In this document: positions 1-9,040 of the stretch, piece after piece
How the letters are laid out: every line of letters begins with the position of its first letter
How positions within the stretch are numbered: the first letter of the stretch is position 1
NCBI GenBank assembly: GCA_009930495.1
Contig: RZYB01000001.1
Location: forward strand, 4,124 to 68,123
Length of the DNA stretch: 64,000 nt
DNA from: Deltaproteobacteria bacterium
Lineage (GTDB): Bacteria > Desulfobacterota > Desulfovibrionia > Desulfovibrionales > Desulfomicrobiaceae
Direction of reading: 5' to 3'
Notes under the pieces: generated by a model
Told to the model about the DNA's origin: nothing
Seen by the model: only the letters and a program-made list of their open reading frames with translations
Databases searched by the model: none
Made by a program: the position numbers and the translations under genes

Positions 1-451
1 GGTCCGGGACGCCGGGCAGAGCGTTGACGAAATTGTGAGCGCTCATGGATGGGAGCATTTCCGCGCCCTGGAGGAACAAACCCTGGCCAAGGTCGCCGGC
101 CTGCCCGGCAAGGTCGTGGCCACGGGCGGGGGTATTGTTCTGTCCGCCGCCAACCGGGACCTGATGTACAAGACCGGGGTCAGTTTTTATCTGGCGGCCG
201 ATGCCGCGCTGCTGACCGGTCGCATTCTGCGGGACGATAATCCCGCCCAGCGTCCGGCCCTGACCGGTCTGGCCCTGCACGACGAGGTCGCCCACATCAT
301 GTCCGAGCGCGAACCTCTGTACATGGCCGGCATGGACCACATGCTCCAGGCCAATCGGAGCGTCGAGGAATTGGTCGATGACGTGTTGGTCGATCTGGGC
401 CTCAAGGCGTGGGACTATTCCGAAAAAGCCCGGATCATGGACCGTTACTAA
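1..451 (+). CDS. aroK: shikimate kinase (5' end outside the window)
   Basis: Frame is open from nt 2 with no upstream stop. The C-terminal ~140 aa (GKVVATGGGIVLS...REPLY) resemble the shikimate-binding/lid part of AroK. Stop TAA at 449-451. Confidence 0.75.
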   Translation, partial: VRDAGQSVDEIVSAHGWEHFRALEEQTLAKVAGLPGKVVATGGGIVLSAANRDLMYKTGVSFYLAADAALLTGRILRDDNPAQRPALTGLALHDEVAHIMSEREPLYMAGMDHMLQANRSVEELVDDVLVDLGLKAWDYSEKARIMDRY

Positions 452-1752
452 ATTCTGGCCACTGCCAAAAAAATCGTGTGCAACGCCACGACCAGAACGA
501 CAAACACGGGGCGGGCATACCGGGTATGTCCCGCCAGGGTCAGGTTGATGTGCCCGTGCGGACAACGCGGCAGACAATCGCCGCACAGCGAGCAGCTTAA
601 ACCGGGGCGCTTGCGGGCCAGATCCTCTAGGGTCAGGGCATTGTAGCGGCAGGCCCGGGCGCAGAGACCGCACCCCGTGCAATCCGGAGCGATACGCACG
701 CGCCAGGGCAGAATACGCCCGACCAGATTGTTGACCAGCCCAACGGGACACCACATGGTGCAATGGACCATGGTTCCGCTTTTTCGGGACCAGAGCGCCA
801 TGATGCCAATCCCGGTCAGACCGAACAAGACGGCCACGCCCAGGGCCCATGCCCAGGTCACGCCAGCCAGCCGCAGGGCCAGCGGGACAAGGATCGTTCC
901 CGCGAGAATGCCCGTCCGGACTCGCGGGGCCCAGGCGGGCAGGGGGCGCGGCCGTTTCGGTCCCAGCCGGGACAACTGGTCGTCCCAGGCCCCGATGTAG
1001 CACAGATGGCTGCACCAAGCCGGGCCGACCAGAAGCAGGGAAACACCGAGCAGGATCGGCATGAACAGCCCCTCGCCCCGGTACAGGGGGCCGGCCAGGA
1101 TCAGGGCCGGCACGGGCAGATGCAGCTTGCCGGTCATGAGAAATTCCGTCATTCCGCCCAGACCCAGTGCAAGTTGCCCAAAAAAAACCAGGGAAAAGAG
1201 GCTCCAGATGAAAGCCCGGACGCGCGGCGCCGAGCCGGTCAGCATGTGGCGGACAACAACACCCGCGTACATGGCGAAAAAGCCGATCCAAGCCGGGCTG
1301 GAGCCAGGCAGAAAACGCTCGCCCAGCAGCAGGGGAAAGGGCGCCGTGACCGTGGCCGCGATCATGGCCGCGCCGACCAAAAGCATGGCCGCGCTCTGGG
1401 CCCACGTAGTGCTGTCCACGGGGCCAAGGAGCCGGTGGCCGGCCCGGCCAAGAAGAAGCACCAATCCTGCCACATGGAGCAGACAGACCGCGCCGAGAAT
1501 GGCCGCCAGCCGCAGATAGGGCATGTCGAATTGAAGACGCGTGGCGATCAGACCGGCGGCCTGGTCTGTCCAGAGCCAGAAACCGGCCACAAGGGCCAGG
1601 GCCATGAGTGGTCGGGGCACAAGGCGGGGAAAGAGCGCGCCCAAGGCCGGAAGCAGGGCCGCCAGACATTCCCAGACAGTGCCGAAGCGCAGAAAATGGG
1701 CTCCGGCCAGAAGTCCGCAAAAAACGATCAGGGCGCGCAGCGGCATGGTCAT
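448..1752 (-). CDS. integral-membrane polyferredoxin (NapH/MauN-like 4Fe-4S binding protein)
   Basis: 434 aa with many hydrophobic spans. Two membrane-edge CxxxC motifs (WCSHLC, HCTMWC) and two C-terminal ferredoxin motifs (CTGCGLCARAC, CSLCGDCLPRCP). ATGA start/stop overlap with the upstream gene at 1749-1752. Confidence 0.8.
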   Translation of the reverse strand: MTMPLRALIVFCGLLAGAHFLRFGTVWECLAALLPALGALFPRLVPRPLMALALVAGFWLWTDQAAGLIATRLQFDMPYLRLAAILGAVCLLHVAGLVLLLGRAGHRLLGPVDSTTWAQSAAMLLVGAAMIAATVTAPFPLLLGERFLPGSSPAWIGFFAMYAGVVVRHMLTGSAPRVRAFIWSLFSLVFFGQLALGLGGMTEFLMTGKLHLPVPALILAGPLYRGEGLFMPILLGVSLLLVGPAWCSHLCYIGAWDDQLSRLGPKRPRPLPAWAPRVRTGILAGTILVPLALRLAGVTWAWALGVAVLFGLTGIGIMALWSRKSGTMVHCTMWCPVGLVNNLVGRILPWRVRIAPDCTGCGLCARACRYNALTLEDLARKRPGLSCSLCGDCLPRCPHGHINLTLAGHTRYARPVFVVLVVALHTIFLAVARI

Positions 1753-2384
1753 GGCCGGACCAGGGGGTCGAAGCGGTTTTGTCCCAGGCGTTCGACGACG
1801 TCGCCCAGACGTTCCCGACCGTGTTGATGCTTCATAAGCACGGATACAACCCGTTCCAGGACATGCATGGCCTCGGACGGGGAAAAAACGCCGAGCTCAT
1901 GGGCCAGACGCGGATGACGGCCGAGTTTGCCGCCGACCAAGACGCGGTAGCCGTCCGGTCCGTGGCGCAGCGCCCCGGTCGGGCAGACCCTGACGCAGGC
2001 CGCGCAGCCCAGGCAGGCGTTCCGGTCGATGCGGATGGTGTCATCCAGACAGAACGCATCTTCGACGCACGCGGCCACGCACGCGCCGCAGGCGGTGCAT
2101 GCTCCGGCGTCGAGCAGGACGGACGTCGTGGCGACAAGGGCGAAATCCGCGATATGCGGCTGGCTGCATCCGTTGGGGCAGGCGGCCACGGCAACGCGGA
2201 ATTGCTGGTGGTGGCGGATGGGATGCCCCTGGCTGGCGAGAAAGGCGGCCCAGCCCGAGGCATCCAGTATCCGCGCGAGATCCGCGCTTGGATCGCGGGT
2301 GACGACGGCATGGGGGCAGCGGATACAGCCCCGGCAAGTTCGGATGGCAAACGAAGGCAATGATTCCGAAGTGTTGTCTTTCAT
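1749..2384 (-). CDS. small sulfite/nitrite-reductase-like siroheme/[4Fe-4S] protein with inserted 2x[4Fe-4S] ferredoxin domain
   Basis: Has the SiR-type Cys motifs C-x5-C (CRGCIRC) and C-x3-C (ACPNGCSQP). These are followed by CTACGACVAAC and CLGCAACVRVCP. Start is ambiguous: ATG 2384 is chosen, and GTG 2426 is the longest ORF. Confidence 0.7.
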   Translation of the reverse strand: MKDNTSESLPSFAIRTCRGCIRCPHAVVTRDPSADLARILDASGWAAFLASQGHPIRHHQQFRVAVAACPNGCSQPHIADFALVATTSVLLDAGACTACGACVAACVEDAFCLDDTIRIDRNACLGCAACVRVCPTGALRHGPDGYRVLVGGKLGRHPRLAHELGVFSPSEAMHVLERVVSVLMKHQHGRERLGDVVERLGQNRFDPLVRP

Positions 2385-2460
2385 GCGTGCTCGCCTACCA
2401 CCAAAACAGTGAAGTTTTTTTGACACGGGTCAAAAAAAGGCGGCAATTTCGGCGCATGGA

Positions 2461-2847
2461 TCAAGCCAATTTGACAACAAGGGGAATGACGTGCAGCCCC
2501 CTGCGGACTTCCCGGGTTGGGGACAGATTCCAGGACGAGGCCTCCAGGCCCAGTTTGGCGCACAGGTCGGTCACGGTCTGCCCCACGGCCAGGACTGGAT
2601 GCCGGGCAAAGACACGGGGCAGGCCGTGGGTCAGGTTGCAGACTAGGCATTTTCCCGGTCGTTCGAGCAGATGAAAGGCCAGGTGGAGTTCGGTCGGCGT
2701 TTGCTTCTCGAAACGCAGCCGGATATCATAGGCGCCATCCTCGGTTCCATCGAACAAGGCGTCGAAAAAGGCGTCGGCCCTGGCCGGGGGAAAAACATGG
2801 TCGAGAAAATCGGCGTCGAGAGTCGCGGCTGCGTTGGACATGGGCAT
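2461..2847 (-). CDS. conserved hypothetical protein with a single CxxC motif
   Basis: 128-aa ORF with a strong SD (AAGGAG, 6 nt before ATG 2847) and GC3-rich codons. Contains GKCLVCNLTHG. First gene of the 2847->448 minus-strand array. I recognise no family. Confidence 0.6.
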   Translation of the reverse strand: MPMSNAAATLDADFLDHVFPPARADAFFDALFDGTEDGAYDIRLRFEKQTPTELHLAFHLLERPGKCLVCNLTHGLPRVFARHPVLAVGQTVTDLCAKLGLEASSWNLSPTREVRRGLHVIPLVVKLA

Positions 2848-2955
2848 GGAGTACTCCTTGGCGGGTGAAAATGTCGCGCAGTCCTACGCAGGCCGGAAAT
2901 GGCGGTCAAGGCTTGCGGACGGAAGCCCCGCCGGACAGGGCGCGAGGAGGAATTT

Positions 2956-3153
2956 ATGTCGGATCGTATCGAAAACATCGAAGTTCACTGCGGCTATCTG
3001 CAAAAAACCGTCGATGAGCTAAGCGGCGTTGTCCTGGAGCAGCAACGGGAAATCCACGAGTTGCGGCGCGGCCTCAAAATTTTGGCCCAGAAATTCCAGG
3101 AATTATCAACTCCCGTGGAGATTGCTCCCGACGAAAAGCCCCCGCATTATTGA
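2956..3153 (+). CDS. slyX: SlyX-family coiled-coil protein
   Basis: 65 aa from ATG 2956, preceded by GAGGAGG. Coiled-coil sequence MSDRIENIEV...LEQQREIHELRR...EKPPHY is typical of SlyX. Confidence 0.75.
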   Translation: MSDRIENIEVHCGYLQKTVDELSGVVLEQQREIHELRRGLKILAQKFQELSTPVEIAPDEKPPHY

Positions 3154-3426
3154 CGCGCCCCCAAGGCCGGCCACTTCGCCATGGAGCCAATCAATACCCA
3201 GGCCGGACGCCAGATAGCGCCGGGTTTGTCCGTCCCGGTTTGCGGGGACGCACCGGTTGATCGTGGGTTTTCCGGCGGCGTGTCCATGGCTGTCGTCGCG
3301 CTATTTACAATCACCGTCCGCTGGCATAAGCAAATGCACCTTTGAATCTATCTCCCTAGTATTTTTGAGGGAGACTTATCTTCCTGCAGTGTCCGAGCGG
3401 CCTCCTGCAGCTATCAGGACTATATT

Positions 3427-4728
3427 ATGCGTAGAAACATCGAACATGTGGGTTGGGGGAAACTGACCTACGAAATCAGGGCAATCGTGGCCGTGGCCCA
3501 TGACCTCCGCAACCTCGGTCTGGACATTGTTTGGGAAAACATCGGCGATCCCATCGAAAAGGGCGAGCCGGTACCGGCCTGGATCAAGGAAATCATCGCC
3601 GACCTGGCCATGGAAGACCACACCTATGGCTACTGCGCCACCCAGGGCATTTTGGAGACGCGTGAATTCGTGGCCCAATTGGTCAACCGACGCGGCAGCT
3701 ATCAGGTCACGGCCGACGATATTATTTTCTTCAACGGTCTGGGCGACGCCGTGGCCAAGATTTTTGGCTTCCTCAAGCGCGAGGCCAGGGTCATCGGTCC
3801 GTCTCCGGCCTATTCGACCCATTCCTCGGCCGAGGCCGCCCATTCCGGCTATGAACACCTGACCTACGAGTTGGACCCCAACAACGGCTGGATGCCCGAT
3901 CTGGTCGATCTGGAAAACAAAATCCGCTACAACGATTCCATCGCCGGCATCCTGTTCATCAATCCGGACAACCCGACCGGCGCGGTCTACCCGTGCGAGC
4001 TGATCGAAAAAATCGTGGACATTGCCCGGCGTTACGATGTTTTTGTCCTGGCCGACGAAATCTACGCCAACATCGTCTACAGCGGACACCCGACCTGCAG
4101 TCTGTCCGAGGTCATCGGCGACGTGCCGGGCATGGCCCTGCGCGGCATCTCCAAGGAATATCCGTGGCCGGGCGGGCGTTGTGGCTGGATGGAAGTCTAC
4201 AACAAGGACAAGAATCCGGATTTCAAGGCCTATATCCGCAGCCTCCTGAACGCCAAGATGCTCGAGGTCTGTTCCACCAGCTTGCCCCAGCTGTCCATTC
4301 CCAGGGTCATGGGCGATCCGCGCTACCCGGCCCATCTCGACGCCAGACGCCACATGTTCGAACATCGCGCCCAGGAAGCCTGGGAAGCGTTTCAGGGCGT
4401 GTCCGGCGTGCGGGTTATCAAGCCCCAGGGCGCGTTTTACATGGCGGTCATGTTCGAGGACGGAGTCCTCAATGGCAACCAGACCCTGGATATCGCCAAC
4501 CCCAAGGCGCGGGCCTACATCGAGGACATCGTCAAGGGCGTGGAGGTGGACAAGCGTTTTGTCTATTACCTGCTTGGCGCCACCGGAATCTGCGTGGTTC
4601 CCCTGACCGGATTCTGTTGCAACCGCAAGGGGTTCCGGGTCACGCTTCTGGAAACGGACGACGCCAAGCGCCAGCAGACCTGGAAGACCATCGGCCAGGC
4701 CATCACCACGTACCTCGCCTCGGCCTGA
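3427..4728 (+). CDS. class I/II PLP-dependent aminotransferase (alanine/aspartate aminotransferase-like)
   Basis: 433 aa. Has the fold-type I pattern, including NPDNPTG and the PLP-Lys region GISKEYPWPGGRCGW. Confidence 0.88.
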   Translation: MRRNIEHVGWGKLTYEIRAIVAVAHDLRNLGLDIVWENIGDPIEKGEPVPAWIKEIIADLAMEDHTYGYCATQGILETREFVAQLVNRRGSYQVTADDIIFFNGLGDAVAKIFGFLKREARVIGPSPAYSTHSSAEAAHSGYEHLTYELDPNNGWMPDLVDLENKIRYNDSIAGILFINPDNPTGAVYPCELIEKIVDIARRYDVFVLADEIYANIVYSGHPTCSLSEVIGDVPGMALRGISKEYPWPGGRCGWMEVYNKDKNPDFKAYIRSLLNAKMLEVCSTSLPQLSIPRVMGDPRYPAHLDARRHMFEHRAQEAWEAFQGVSGVRVIKPQGAFYMAVMFEDGVLNGNQTLDIANPKARAYIEDIVKGVEVDKRFVYYLLGATGICVVPLTGFCCNRKGFRVTLLETDDAKRQQTWKTIGQAITTYLASA

Positions 4729-4733
4729 TTCCC

Positions 4734-5363
4734 ATGACGGACGACGTGTCGACGCGCTGGCTGGACTGGGCCCGGGAGATCCAATCCCTGGCCCAGACCG
4801 GCTTGGCCTTCACCAAAAATCCCTTTGATCGTATCAGTTTCACGCGTTTGTCCGACATCGCGGCGGAAATTTTGGCCGAACACTCCCAATTGCCCTTGCC
4901 CCTGATCCGGCGGTCCTTTTCCCTGGAGCCCGGCTACGCCACGCCCAAGGTCGATGTGCGGGCGGCGGTGGTGCGGGACGGGCGGATTCTGCTGGTCCGG
5001 GAAAAATCCGACGGCAAATGGGCCATGCCCGGCGGCTGGGCCGACGTGGGCGACCGTCCGTCCGAGACCGCCGAGCGGGAAACCCTCGAGGAAAGCGGCT
5101 TCCTGGTCCGGGCCACCAAGCTGGTCGGGGCCTTTGACGCCAATCGGGGGGAAAGGGCGAACATGTTTTACCACGCGGTGAAGCTGGTTTTCCTCTGCGA
5201 CCTCGTCGGCGGCGAGGCCACCGTCAGCATGGAAACGCTGGACGTGGATTTTTTCGATTTCAACGATCTGCCCCCGCTGTCCGAATTCAGAACCAACCAT
5301 CGTCATCTGGACGAGATCGTGGAGCATCTGCTCGACGTTTCCCGACCAGCGGCATTCGACTGA
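4734..5363 (+). CDS. NUDIX hydrolase with N-terminal Nudix_N-type domain
   Basis: Nudix box GGWADVGDRPSETAERETLEESGF. ATG 4734 lies 6 nt after the aminotransferase stop. The upstream part of the 3993 ORF overlaps that gene and is spurious. Confidence 0.88.
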   Translation: MTDDVSTRWLDWAREIQSLAQTGLAFTKNPFDRISFTRLSDIAAEILAEHSQLPLPLIRRSFSLEPGYATPKVDVRAAVVRDGRILLVREKSDGKWAMPGGWADVGDRPSETAERETLEESGFLVRATKLVGAFDANRGERANMFYHAVKLVFLCDLVGGEATVSMETLDVDFFDFNDLPPLSEFRTNHRHLDEIVEHLLDVSRPAAFD

Positions 5364-5370
5364 TTTTCGC

Positions 5371-6189
5371 ATGAACACCGACACCCGTTCCCTGCCCATC
5401 GGCGTATTTGATTCCGGCATTGGCGGCCTGACCGTTCTCAAGGCCCTGAGCGAAACCCTGCCCAACGAGAGTTTCGTCTATCTTGGTGACACGGCCCGCC
5501 TGCCGTATGGAACCAAAAGCGCCAAGTCCGTGACCAGATACGCATTGCAGACCTCGGCCCTGCTCCGTGCCCGAGGCGTGAAACTTCTGGTCATTGCCTG
5601 CAACACGGCCACGGCCGTGTCCCTGGATGCGCTCCAGGATGCCTATCCCGATTTGCCCGTGGTCGGCGTCATCCAGCCGGGCGCCCTGGCCGCGTGCCGC
5701 ACGAGTGTCAATGGCCGGATCGGAGTCATCGGCACCGAAAGCACCATCAACGGCGGCAGCTACGAGCGTGAAATTTTGCGTATCCGGCCCGAGGCCCGGG
5801 TGTTTGGGTTGCCGTGCCCGTTGTTCGTGCCCCTGGCCGAAGAGGGATGGTGCGCCGGGGAAATCGCCGAATTGGTGGCCCGGCGTTATTTGGAACGCCT
5901 GGGCGTGGAGACCGGCATCGACACGCTGGTCTTGGGCTGCACGCATTTTCCCGTTCTGTCGGGAGCCATTGGCGCGGTGATGGGGCCCGGGGTCGCCCTG
6001 GTCGATTCGGCCCGGACCACGGCTGAATTCGTGCGCGAGATGTTGGAGCGCCGGAAAATTTGCGCCCCATCCTCGTCCCGGACCCTGACTTTTCTGGCCA
6101 CGGACGGGGCAGAGCGTTTCGCCCGCGTCGGCGGGCTGTTCATGCACAGCCCGCTGCGTCCGGACGATGTGGAAATCGTGGATCTTTGA
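5371..6189 (+). CDS. murI: glutamate racemase
   Basis: IGVFDSGIGGLTVL at the N-terminus and both catalytic Cys motifs (IACNTAT, LGCTHFP). Confidence 0.95.
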   Translation: MNTDTRSLPIGVFDSGIGGLTVLKALSETLPNESFVYLGDTARLPYGTKSAKSVTRYALQTSALLRARGVKLLVIACNTATAVSLDALQDAYPDLPVVGVIQPGALAACRTSVNGRIGVIGTESTINGGSYEREILRIRPEARVFGLPCPLFVPLAEEGWCAGEIAELVARRYLERLGVETGIDTLVLGCTHFPVLSGAIGAVMGPGVALVDSARTTAEFVREMLERRKICAPSSSRTLTFLATDGAERFARVGGLFMHSPLRPDDVEIVDL

Positions 6190-6650
6190 TGGCGGCGCTG
6201 CTGGCGGTGGACGCGGGACTGCGGACCGGATTGGCGCTTTTTGACCGCGATGGCCGTCTGGCTTGGTGCCGGTCGCACAATCTGGGCACACCGGCCCGTC
6301 TCAAGAAAGCCGCCGCCCGCATTCTTTTTGAATTGCCGGATTTGGAATTTTTGGTGGTGGAAGGCGGCGGGCGCCTGGCGGCTATTTGGGAGCATGCGGC
6401 CACGCGACGATACATTCCATGTTTGGTCGTCCAGGCGGACACGTGGCGCGGCGCTTTCCTGCTTCCCCGGGAGCGGGTCGGCGGCCAGGAGGCCAAGGCC
6501 GCGGCCTGCCGGCTGGTCGCACGACTTTTGCGTGACGAGGACCGATTGCTGCCCACCGCTCCCCGGCATGACGCGGCCGAGGCCGTGCTCATCGGATCAT
6601 GGGCGGTGGCCACCCTCGGTTGGCGCCCGTTACCCAGACTCAGAACTTAA
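6189..6650 (+). CDS. hypothetical RuvC-like (RNase H-fold) protein
   Basis: 153 aa. ATG overlaps the murI stop (TGATG). The acidic-residue pattern LAVDAG / VVEGGG / HDAAEAVLIG parallels RuvC IDPG / IEQVF / ADAADALAIA. Confidence 0.6.
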   Translation: MAALLAVDAGLRTGLALFDRDGRLAWCRSHNLGTPARLKKAAARILFELPDLEFLVVEGGGRLAAIWEHAATRRYIPCLVVQADTWRGAFLLPRERVGGQEAKAAACRLVARLLRDEDRLLPTAPRHDAAEAVLIGSWAVATLGWRPLPRLRT

Positions 6651-6659
6651 CAAGGACAG

Positions 6660-7508
6660 ATGAGTACATTAAAATATGATCTGCCGGGAATCAGCTCCGT
6701 GGGGTTGGACCTGATCGCGCTTTTGAATTCACCCGAGACAACGGTCAAACAGATCGCGGCCCAGGCCAAGCTTGATCCGGTCATCTACGGAAATCTGGTC
6801 GCGTGCGCCAATTCCCCGATGTATCAGGGTGTTCATCCCTCGCTGGACATTCTGACATCCCTGGTCCGCCTTGGGCAGCGGGAAATCAAGCGCATCGTGT
6901 ACCAGGTCGTGTTGCGCGGCGCTTTTTTTCACGAGTCAACGGAACTCAACGTCCTGTTGCGACGGATCTGGCTCCAAAGCCTGACCGCCAACGTGTTCAT
7001 GCAGCGTCTTGTCTCCATGACTCCGGAGGCCTACACCCTGGATCACGAGGAGATCGAACTTCTGGGCTGTCTGGGGCTGATCCATAATCTGGGCTATGTG
7101 GTCCTGCTGGCCAATTATCGGGACCGTTTTTTAAAATTTTTCGAGGCCCACGCGGACTTGCCGCTGTCGGATTTTTTCGATCGGGAGTATGCGTGGTTTG
7201 ATGACCACGATCATTTTTCGGCCGGCCGGGCCGTGCTCTCCCACTGGAATTTTCCGCGTTGCGCCTGGGAGATCGTCGGCCAATACCACTGTCCGAACTC
7301 GGAATTCCAAGGGATCTATCCCCAACTGCACAGTCTGTTGCGTCTGTCCCGCCATGTAATCATGATGACAGAATACAATTTTCATCCCAGGATCCCGGCC
7401 GACTACTGGTTGCATGGGACAGACCTGCCGGCGGTCGAGCTCGATTTTGAAACACTGATCCAGGACGTGCGGGACACGGTCCTTCGCGTCGAGGGGGCAT
7501 TCAGATGA
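6660..7508 (+). CDS. HDOD domain-containing signalling protein
   Basis: 282 aa. Has the HDOD-type pattern (VKQIAAQAKLDPVIYGNLVACANSPMY...LGLIHNLGYVVL). SD AAGGA precedes ATG 6660. Confidence 0.8.
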   Translation: MSTLKYDLPGISSVGLDLIALLNSPETTVKQIAAQAKLDPVIYGNLVACANSPMYQGVHPSLDILTSLVRLGQREIKRIVYQVVLRGAFFHESTELNVLLRRIWLQSLTANVFMQRLVSMTPEAYTLDHEEIELLGCLGLIHNLGYVVLLANYRDRFLKFFEAHADLPLSDFFDREYAWFDDHDHFSAGRAVLSHWNFPRCAWEIVGQYHCPNSEFQGIYPQLHSLLRLSRHVIMMTEYNFHPRIPADYWLHGTDLPAVELDFETLIQDVRDTVLRVEGAFR

Positions 7509-7705
7509 TATTTGGAAACCGTGACTTTCGGACCAACCTGCGCTGCGTCAAATGCCGGGGCCCGCTGCAAGGAACGCGCGGCTGCCAGGATGTCCGCCTG
7601 CGGTGCCTGTCCTGCGGCGCCGTGTACGACCTGCGCGAATTCGGCACGACCCTGGACGACCTGGTCGAAGAGTATCTGGCCAACATTCCCTGCGACCGGG
7701 TTTGA
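7505..7705 (+). CDS. small dual-CXXC zinc-ribbon protein
   Basis: 66 aa with two CxxC pairs (CVKC, CLSC). ATGA overlap with the HDOD stop. Resembles what I recall being annotated as 'dual CXXC motif small (seleno)protein' in sulfate reducers. No in-frame TGA here. Confidence 0.7.
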   Translation: MIFGNRDFRTNLRCVKCRGPLQGTRGCQDVRLRCLSCGAVYDLREFGTTLDDLVEEYLANIPCDRV

Positions 7706-7774
7706 AGACCCCGCCCTCGTGTATTTTCAACCCCGTGATCATTCACCCAACTCTGCAAAGGATTTTCTCGACTC

Positions 7775-9040
7775 ATGACTTCCGTCATTATCCCGCGACC
7801 GGAACACCCCGTTTCTCGCAAAAACATCCATCCGGATGCCTTGAAGGTCATGTACCGCCTCGTCCAAAAGGGATTTACCGCCTATTTGGTCGGGGGCAGC
7901 GTGCGCGATCTGATTCTGGACCGCGCCCCCAAGGACTTTGATGTCAGCACCAACGCCACGCCCACCCAGATCAAGAAAATTTTCCAAAACTGTTTCCTGA
8001 TTGGCCGCCGTTTCCGTTTGGCCCACATCCGGTTCGGGGAGCACGTCATCGAAACCTCGACCTTCAGGCGCTGTCCAGATCAGGACGATGACGCCCTGGA
8101 CGCTGATTTGTACATGCACCGCGACAACTGTTACGGCACGCCCGAAGAGGACGCCCTGCGGCGGGATTTCACCATCAACGGTCTTTTTTACGAGATCGTC
8201 CAATTCTCGATCATCGATCACGTCGGAGGGCTGAGCGACATTCAAAACCGGCTCATTCGCTGTATCGGAGACCCGAACATCCGTTTTCGCGAGGACCCGG
8301 TACGCATGATCCGGGCCGTGCGTTTCGCCTCCCGCCTGGATTTTCACATCGAGCCCGAAACCTACAACGCCATCCTGCGTCACCACGAGGAAATTCTCAA
8401 AGCCTCGCCGCCCCGTGTGTTCGAGGAACTGCAGAAGCTGTTCGCCTTTGGCTGTGGCGAAAAAGCATTCCGCCTGCTCTACAAAACCGGCCTGCTGCAT
8501 GACCTGCTCCCGGAAATCGCCGAATTTTTGGACCATGATCATGGCCAGGACTCGATGCTTTGGGATTGGCTGGCCCATCTGGACGCGCGCATCCGGGACA
8601 CGGGCAAGGTCGAACCGGTGTTGATCTTCGCGGCCCTTTTTTCCGTTCCGGTGCGGCGCGTGGCCACCCACCACGCGGCCCAAGGCGAGAAGGTGGTTTA
8701 CAGCGCGTTGCTGGACGACCTCATCGTGCCCGTCGCGACACGGGTGAGCATGCCCAAATGGATGACCGCGCGCGTGATCCAGATCATGGCGTACCAAAGC
8801 CGGTTCGTGCCGGACAAGCGCAAGCGGTTTTCCAAGCGCGGCTTCGTGGCCCAGGACTGTTTTCCGGAAACCCTGGCCCTCTATGAACTGGGGCTCAAGG
8901 TCGCCGGCGAGGACCTGGACCAGATTTCCCCCTGGATCGAGATGCGGCGCGACGTCGAGGCCGAACAGCCCGTGCCCTCGGAATCGCGTTCCAGAAACGG
9001 CCGGCCGCCGCGCAAACGGCCGCCGCGACGGCGACGCTGA
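7775..9040 (+). CDS. pcnB: poly(A) polymerase I-like class II nucleotidyltransferase
   Basis: Close in pattern to E. coli PAP I: ALKVMYRL..GF.AYLVGGSVRDLIL...PKDFDVSTNATP...GRRFRLAHIRF, plus RRDFTINGL. Arg-rich C-tail. Confidence 0.9.
   Translation: MTSVIIPRPEHPVSRKNIHPDALKVMYRLVQKGFTAYLVGGSVRDLILDRAPKDFDVSTNATPTQIKKIFQNCFLIGRRFRLAHIRFGEHVIETSTFRRCPDQDDDALDADLYMHRDNCYGTPEEDALRRDFTINGLFYEIVQFSIIDHVGGLSDIQNRLIRCIGDPNIRFREDPVRMIRAVRFASRLDFHIEPETYNAILRHHEEILKASPPRVFEELQKLFAFGCGEKAFRLLYKTGLLHDLLPEIAEFLDHDHGQDSMLWDWLAHLDARIRDTGKVEPVLIFAALFSVPVRRVATHHAAQGEKVVYSALLDDLIVPVATRVSMPKWMTARVIQIMAYQSRFVPDKRKRFSKRGFVAQDCFPETLALYELGLKVAGEDLDQISPWIEMRRDVEAEQPVPSESRSRNGRPPRKRPPRRRR

Noticed and set aside
3322-3338. 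sigma-54-like element TGGCAT-N-TGCA upstream of the aminotransferase gene
   Set aside because: The spacer between the GG and GC dinucleotides is 11 nt, not the canonical 10. No enhancer-binding-protein gene or upstream activator site is evident.
7505-7705. Possible selenocysteine recoding in the dual-CXXC small protein
   Set aside because: All four motif positions are Cys codons. The ORF has no in-frame TGA and I see no SECIS-like hairpin requirement.
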